A stretch of 64,000 nucleotides of DNA from the NCBI GenBank assembly GCA_000004985.1, contig GG738926.1, one strand, 5' to 3'. This document shows positions 57,901 through 64,000 of the stretch, piece by piece. Both the position numbers and the translations under genes were made by a program. Positions within the stretch are counted from its first letter, which is position 1. Each line of letters opens with the position of its first letter. This stretch comes from Naegleria gruberi (lineage: Eukaryota). Under the pieces are notes generated by a model that did no database searches, was not told where the DNA came from, and was given only the letters and a program-made list of their open reading frames with translations.

Positions 57901-59460
57901 TTTTATATCTACAGACTTGAAGTTTAGAAATGTGATATGAAAGTGATTATAAATGTTGTTAATGATGATATAGACTATATAATCTCATTAAAGGATTTTG
58001 AAATTGGGTTTGGATTAGAGAACCTCGGATACCTCTTACTCCAATCTCTTATTGATTTAAGATTTTGAAATTGTTTATTGTTGATACGAATCAGAAGCTT
58101 CTTATTGTGACAACACTTGATAGAAGAATGGGAAAGTGGTTGCATTAATTCAACATATTGAAAGTGAACAAGGTTCTCATCTCAAGATTTGGAACTCTTC
58201 TTCATGAAGAGGAGGTTATTGGGTGGTGACTAGAGAGAAACATTTCCTTGTAGCTTTTCTACTAGTAAATGATTAATTGACCAAGATGTTGACCTATAAT
58301 ATGGAAACACAATAAAATTCAATAATACTGATAAATACAGTAGTGAATATGAATGGTAATTATAAATCACTGAAAAAATCATGATTGGATCCATTTTGAG
58401 ACTTTTGGAAGTCAACTTGGATGGCAATAGGGGAGCTTTCGATGTGGTTAACACTTTTAAAGGGATCTGAATATTTTATTAGATAATATATGTCATCACT
58501 GTACTTTATCAATAAATATTGAATATCATGATGTTATAATCTATATTTCCAATTTGGGAAATGTTGCAATGTCAATGTTTAATTGAAATATTGCCATCAT
58601 ACCAATAATTGATTTTATACTACAAAACTGGTATTATACACTATAATTGATATATATATGAATATATGATTGAAATATTTCAATTTTAACATTTATTAAT
58701 GACGTGGGTTGTGCACTAAGGTAGTAACTTTGTCATATGATAATTATCTAAGATGATATTGAAATCATTCCAAAATTGATTTTATGAGAGTATTTGATGA
58801 TTATAACATGATAATATTGAATTAGTATTGATTATTACCATTCATGACATGTAAGAATGTTACCTTTTTGTCAATTGGGACAGTAGCTTGACAGATATTC
58901 CAATTATATAGATGTTGATTTATATTACTCAAATACGTTATGAATATCAATTATAAGAGTAGTTGTATGATATTCTATCTTGTTGTACATCTTGATATTG
59001 ACTTGTAATATTATCATGAGTAGTTAGTGACATGGTTTAATGGCATGAACACTGAATGATGTCCAAATGATTTGAAATTGATAGAAACCTCAGTATATAA
59101 TGTTAATAACATATTGTATCAATTTGGTATTGAATCTCATTGTCCTTAGGGTACTTTCCTATTGAGGTACCTTAATTGACCATCTCTATATTTAAATTGA
59201 GATAAGATATTTATTTCAATTGTATCATCATTTTGTAAATGATAAGTAGTCAAGTTGTGTATAGGACACTGAGTGGTGTAGAATTGGTATAACATTATTT
59301 TCAACATTTACAAGTGCCATTTCTCATCATCTGTTGGACCAAAACAAAATTTTTTGTTATAGTGGTGGTTTTTTTACTAATATCCACATGTACAATATCG
59401 GAACAAGGAGATGCTCTATAGTTGTGCAGAATCATTCCACCAACAATAAGTTTTTGAAAT

Positions 59461-60109
59461 ATTCTTTTCTTAGTGAACTTTGCTTGCATCATAATTATTA
59501 AGGAATTGTTTCAAGTAGATGGAAAGTGTTCTAAAATTGCTGTAGATGGTAACATTCCGTTACAGCATAGTTAAATTCTAAGAAATGATTGAGATTTGTG
59601 ATTTTTTCACAACTGTAATCTTTAAAACAATGGTTGTTATCCAACCCGATGTAAAAACTTTTTGAAATTGTTTCAAATGAACGTGGAGTGGCTCAAACCC
59701 GTTGCTTCTTTTCAAAAAAGAGACTTATCCAACCTTTTGAATGAGAATGTATTAACTATACAACAAACTGAAATTTATTTTTTCTTACTGAACTTTTCTT
59801 ACTTCACAATTATTAAGGAATTTTTTCAAGTAGATGGAAAATGTTCCAAACTCGATGGAAATGGTGGCAGTCCTTTAAAGTGTACTTAAATTCTCAATAA
59901 TGATTGAGATCAGTCGATTTTTCACAACTGTAATCTTTAAAACAGTGGTTGTCATCCAACCCGATGTAACAACTACTATTAAATATTTCAAATGAGCTTG
60001 GAGTTGCTCAAACCCGTTGCTTCTTCTCAAAAGAGTGACTTATTCAACCTTTTGGTGGGGATTGTACAATACTGTTCAACAAATTAACATTGTCTTTTCT
60101 TAGTGAAGT
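59461..60109. repeat. Satellite-like tandem array, part 1 (~2 units of ~315 bp)
   Basis: Units are marked by ataattattaaggaat…ttcacaactgtaatctttaaaaca(g/a)tggttgt(c/t)atccaacccgatgtaaaaac…gctcaaacccgttgcttcttttcaaaaaagagacttatccaaccttttgaatgag. The anchor attattaaggaa occurs at ~59494 and ~59809, so the period is ~315. Confidence 0.65.
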
Positions 60110-61645
60110 TTTCGAGTGAATACTAAGAAACGGAGTGACGGAACACACAGTCTCACGGAATCCGCCTCAAGTAAGAAACTGTCCAACGGGGCAGTCTGAA
60201 GTAAGAAACGGAATTAAGAATGGATATTAAGCTCAATAACACAGTAACATTCTAAAATTGTTCTAATTGAATAAAATAGGCTATTCATTTGTTGTTGGAT
60301 TTAATCTACTTGTTCTTAACGATTTCATTCCCAAGATCAAATTTCACATTATTATTTCATGAAACTTTTCCCACTCGATGTGTGCATTCATATATGTTAC
60401 CAGGTTAAGTTTCATTGTTTGATTTTGTAATTTCAACTAACAAATTAGCAAATCTTTGAATAGATTTGTTTCAAGTTTATTCGCAAATAATAAAACATGT
60501 CAATTACAGTTAGTAGCATTGTCATTATTTATATATCCATAATTATTCAAAAAATTCAGGTTTCGTCATCTGATCCAAGAGTTATTTAGAATTAAGGGAA
60601 AAAAAGAGTGTTAAGGACTGCCTTATATAAAAAATTAAAAAAAAAGTGAAATTTATTATTAATTTGATATTTACTAATACATGGGAAAGTTACATGATTT
60701 GGAAATTTAATTTGGGCGAGTAAATAACCAATTCTTAGTCAACCCAACCGGAACTTGACCAACACAAAAGAAAAGGAATAAATTATAATAAATATGATGT
60801 TTATTATCAATTTAAATAGTACTACTAGAAGAAACTTTTTGATTTGGTGAAGTACATGATGGGTAGTATAATGTGTATTTTCAAATTTCACACATACCTT
60901 TCCCTATCATAACTTGACCAAAAGTCATCGGACAAAATCTTTTCTGATACTATTGACCATTCCGAACAATACTATGTTGACAGATTTCCAATTTGTACAG
61001 TAGATTCCACACTGATGATGAATTTAGTGAAAATGGTGATTTTCAACTAAAATTAAATTACTGAAAATTAATTTCCACAAATACTATTATTATATCGATG
61101 GAAAATATCATTGATGATGGTTGGTAAATGATCAGATGATGGTATCACCAACATGAATTTTTCCATGATGAAAAATAATTTCTAATTTCATGATGATAAT
61201 TTTCCAATAAAAATCACTATTACTACTATATATAGATGATGTAGAGATGACGAGCTGAAATTATTGTGGTATAAAGATGTGAAACCACTCCGTAAATCAT
61301 CAAAGTACATCACGTACTAGATGTTGAAATATTTTTTCTTCCAAAATCCAGTCAGACCAATTTGGTGATGTTTGGATGTGTTAGTTATTGCTTATTCTTC
61401 AGTCAAGCAAGCCATATTAAACAAACAATTGAAAGTAAGCTTAGTCAAAGTTTCAAATATAAAAGGAAAATTCAAAAAGTAATTATGTCTCATTCATTTT
61501 ATTAATGTTACTAAGCTCTCTCTCCATATTTGAATTGCCAGCTTGTAGTATTAAGCGGAGAGAATCTCCCGTTTAGAATAAGAAACGGCCTGAATCCCGT
61601 TCATCCCGTTGCCCGTCTCACCGTTTATTTGTATCAACTCGAAGT
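60110..61645. mobile_element. ~1.5-kb non-autonomous TIR-bounded insertion (MITE-like DNA-transposon relic) splitting the satellite array
   Basis: Left end ttttCGAGTGAATACtaagaaacggagtgacgg. The right end reverse-complemented reads cttCGAGTTGATACaaataaacggtgagacgg, so the imperfect terminal inverted repeat is ~30 bp at ~75% identity. aagtttt/gaagtttt is present immediately outside both ends (60106-60113 and 61641-61648). The interior is AT-rich with no ORF above 60 aa. Sub-terminal repeated aagaaacgg motifs. Confidence 0.45.
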
Positions 61646-62470
61646 TTTCCTTCATCCTAATTATTAAGGAATTTTTACAAGTAGATGGAAAATGTTCAAA
61701 ACTGGCTATAGATGGTATAATTCCATTGAACTATACTCAAATTCTTAATAATGATTGAGATTGGTCGATTTTTCACAACTGTTATCTTTAAAACAGTGGT
61801 TGTCATCCAACCCGATGTAAAAACCACTTAAAATTGTTTCAAATGAGCTTGGAGTTGCTCAAACCCGTTGCTTCTTTTCAAAAAAGAGACTTATCCAACC
61901 TTTTGAATGAGACTGTATTATACTATACAACAAATTAAAATTTTTGCATTCTTTGAACTTTTCTTACTTCACAATAATTAAGGAAGTTTTACAAGTGGTT
62001 GGAAAATGTTCTAAACTGTATGTAGATGGTAACATTCCAATGGACTATACTCAAAATCTTAATAATGACTGAGATTAGTCGATTTTTCACAACTGTAATC
62101 TTTAAAACAGTGGTTGTCATCCAACCCGATGTAAAAACGACTTGAAACTATTTCAAATGAACGTGGAGTGGCTCAAACCCGTTGCTTCTTTTCAAAAAAG
62201 TTCCTGATCGAGCAATGTGATGAGGCTGTAATACACTATTCAACAAAGTAAATTGTTTGCAATCTTACTGAACTTTGAATATTTCAAAATTATTAAGGAA
62301 TTTTTTTACAAGGGGATGGAAAATGTTCTAAACTGTATGTAGATAGTAACATTCCATTGGAGTGTACTCAAAATCTCCATAATGACTGAGATTTTCCATT
62401 TTTTCACAACTGTAATCTTTAAAACAATGGTTGTTATCCAACCCGATGTAAAAACTGTTTGAAATTGTTT
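61646..62470. repeat. Satellite-like tandem array, part 2 (~2.6 units of ~315 bp)
   Basis: The same unit as part 1; the anchor attattaaggaa occurs at ~61660, ~61975 and ~62289. The array ends at …gtttcagggtttggttatcg. Confidence 0.65.
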
Positions 62471-63079
62471 CAGGGTTTGGTTATCGTTTCGTACTCATTG
62501 GATCTTTATTATTACTGAAATACATAATCAATGATATACATCATTAAATAGGTAACAATCTCAGCTATCCAGTGGGCTATAGATTGTGTATAGTTTCTTA
62601 TCTAATTAGGGTTTGGATTAGAGTTGTTTTGATTTGTTACTTCGGTGGCACCATGGTCTTTATGATCTAATATAGAGTCTTTAAGTGAATCTTGGGCTTT
62701 TGGAAAGGTTTTTCAGTAAAGTTTTAAAAAAAGTATATAATTTCTATCTAGATATCGAGATTTGGTGTATTTGTTGTTTGCGTTGTTATTTGGAAAGTGG
62801 TAAAGATTTCGATATTATTGGATTCTTAGATTCGGTTTCCATTTCGAAATTGATTGAAGATTCGCTAAGATTCGAATCTTTTTCCGCAAATAAGAATCTT
62901 TTCCGGTATGAGATTGAATATTCAATTAGCTTTAGGTTTTTAGGTTTAGATTCTTGGGTTTTCGGACAAATAAATTTAAGCTGTTCTATTTTGGCGTATA
63001 ATTTTTAAAATTACTTTTCAAAGTAAATCGATTTTATCTACGTTAAAATATTGTGTTCAATTATTATATGGATTGGTTG

Positions 63080-63570
63080 CAACTTTAAGATATTGATCTA
63101 TGAATATGAAACTGTTCCAGATTGTTATCCACATAAAGAGGAGTGTATTCATATTTTACACTAATATGATATTTTGCAAAATGAATGGGATGGAGTGTGA
63201 TCTTTGTGATGAAAGCTGACTTTTTGGAAGAATGATATTATTATCATACTGAATATAATTCTAACAGACTGTAAATGATACCATATAATTAATAAAGTGA
63301 TTTAATATATATGGTAAAGTTATATATTGATTGAACCTACTTTCATTGAGATAGAGAGTTCACTAGGATATTAATACTGTTGACATTGAACATGAACCGA
63401 TTGGTTGAATGAAAGTATCATGAATTGTTTCTAAACTTGTTTATATATACTTAAATGATGTCTAGATTATGTGATATCAATTTTTGATTTATTGCATGTA
63501 AATTGAGTGATTTGGAGTATAATCTATGATATCATGTCAAAAGTCCATAATAAAGTGATAGAGTTGACAA
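63080..63570. repeat. Dispersed repeat family, partial copy 3 (matches the 3' portion of copy 1, 55860..56330)
   Basis: Collinear blocks such as aaactgttccagattgtt…ggagtgtattcatatttt…atgatattttg…tttcattgaga.agag…tgacattgaacat…gaatgaaagtatcatgaatt.tttctaaacttgt… are shared with 55860..56330. Confidence 0.5.
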
Positions 63571-64000
63571 CAGGACATTTACTGAACCAATATTCATAAA
63601 ATTGATACCATATGCTAATTAGAGTGTCTACATACCATGATATCAATTTCAGTGAAAATGGAGTTGTTTCTGTACCCTTCAGATTTCCATCCATTCACTT
63701 GAAATATCACCATGTACTATCTACCGGATGTATTTCTTGAAATGAAAATATATAATTTGAAGAAAGTCCACTTTATTTGAGATGTTAAACATGATAGTAT
63801 CATTTATTTTGAGATTGGTAACTTTCTCTATAGTGTAATCCTTAATTGTCTTAATTGACTAAAAAAGGTCAAGGAGATATTTCAAAACATAAAATAAATT
63901 ATATTTTCGAGATGTACTATTGATTTCCAATCAATTGATATGTATTTTGTTGATTGAGGATTTGGTTCTCTATATTCAAGATTTCCTCCTTATCCTCCCA

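Noticed and set aside
58005-58020. TTAGGG-containing motifs (ttagggtttgg at 62608 and gggtttggattagag at 58005) that might indicate telomeric repeats
   Set aside because: Single occurrences, not tandem hexamer arrays. They are probably part of the dispersed repeat consensus.
62685-63008. 107-aa ORF in the repeat island; likewise 59301..59492(-), 59662..59889 and 58230..58454(-)
   Set aside because: They lie inside satellite or dispersed-repeat DNA, start at non-ATG codons, and the repetitive GATTCG/low-complexity translation shows no protein-like features.
1-64000. CRISPR arrays, rRNA genes, prokaryotic operon signals
   Set aside because: None present. The window is clearly eukaryotic nuclear DNA (spliceosomal introns, Pol III tRNA genes). 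The satellite array at 59461..62470 has ~315-bp units without the spacer-repeat organisation of CRISPR.

Overview
This window is AT-rich (roughly one-third GC) eukaryotic nuclear DNA. It is gene-dense, about one gene per 2 kb, with short (38–130 nt) GTAAGT…(Y)AG spliceosomal introns and several convergent gene pairs whose stop codons nearly abut. The ORF track treats TTG/GTG as starts, so I re-placed many true ATG starts and joined ORFs across introns by hand from motif continuity. None of this was computed; I cannot place the lineage beyond an early-branching opisthokont/amoebozoan-like unicellular or simple eukaryote.

Supported protein-coding content:
- A partial 5' gene (1..1964) and an acidic/basic putative nuclear protein (2207..3202).
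- A Ser/Thr kinase (3936..5141) with an apparent frameshift into the ORF at 5114..5611.
- A Cys-rich two-TM protein (5934..6746) and a T1/KCTD-type BTB protein (6782..7744).
- A four-exon receptor-like kinase with a β-helix-like ectodomain and a predicted 6-nt microexon (7914..11243).
- A vWA-domain protein (11275..11970).
- A six-exon pyruvate carboxylase with an apparent 1-bp frameshift (13796..17871).
- A DUF4116-like repeat protein, two tandem paralogous small TM proteins, and a hypothetical protein.
- A 2366-aa receptor of unusual architecture (22430..29786): signal peptide, NHL propeller, about 19 tenascin-type EGF repeats, a large ectodomain, a GPS autoproteolysis motif, a TM helix and a kinase.
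- A two-exon orphan gene, a DEAD-box helicase N-terminal fragment, a three-exon receptor-type class-III nucleotidyl cyclase, and a three-exon GGGGS-loop protein (DUF917-like, tentative).
- A DOMON-like protein plus a ferric-reductase/NOX-type protein that may be fused, an F-box protein, an acidic protein, a nine-exon P4-ATPase flippase, and a stand-alone NHL-propeller protein.

RNA genes: tRNA-Gln(UUG); three tRNA-Lys(CUU) copies sharing a conserved ~35-bp 5' flank; one tRNA-Ile(AAU)-like gene.

The last ~9 kb (54.7–64 kb) has no credible genes and is repeat-rich. It holds a ~1.1–1.6 kb dispersed repeat in two to three copies, a 50-N assembly gap, and a ~315-bp satellite array split by a ~1.5 kb TIR-bounded non-autonomous insertion.

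The most interesting item is the NHL–EGF–GPS–TM–kinase receptor. It combines adhesion-GPCR-type autoproteolysis with a single-pass kinase output.
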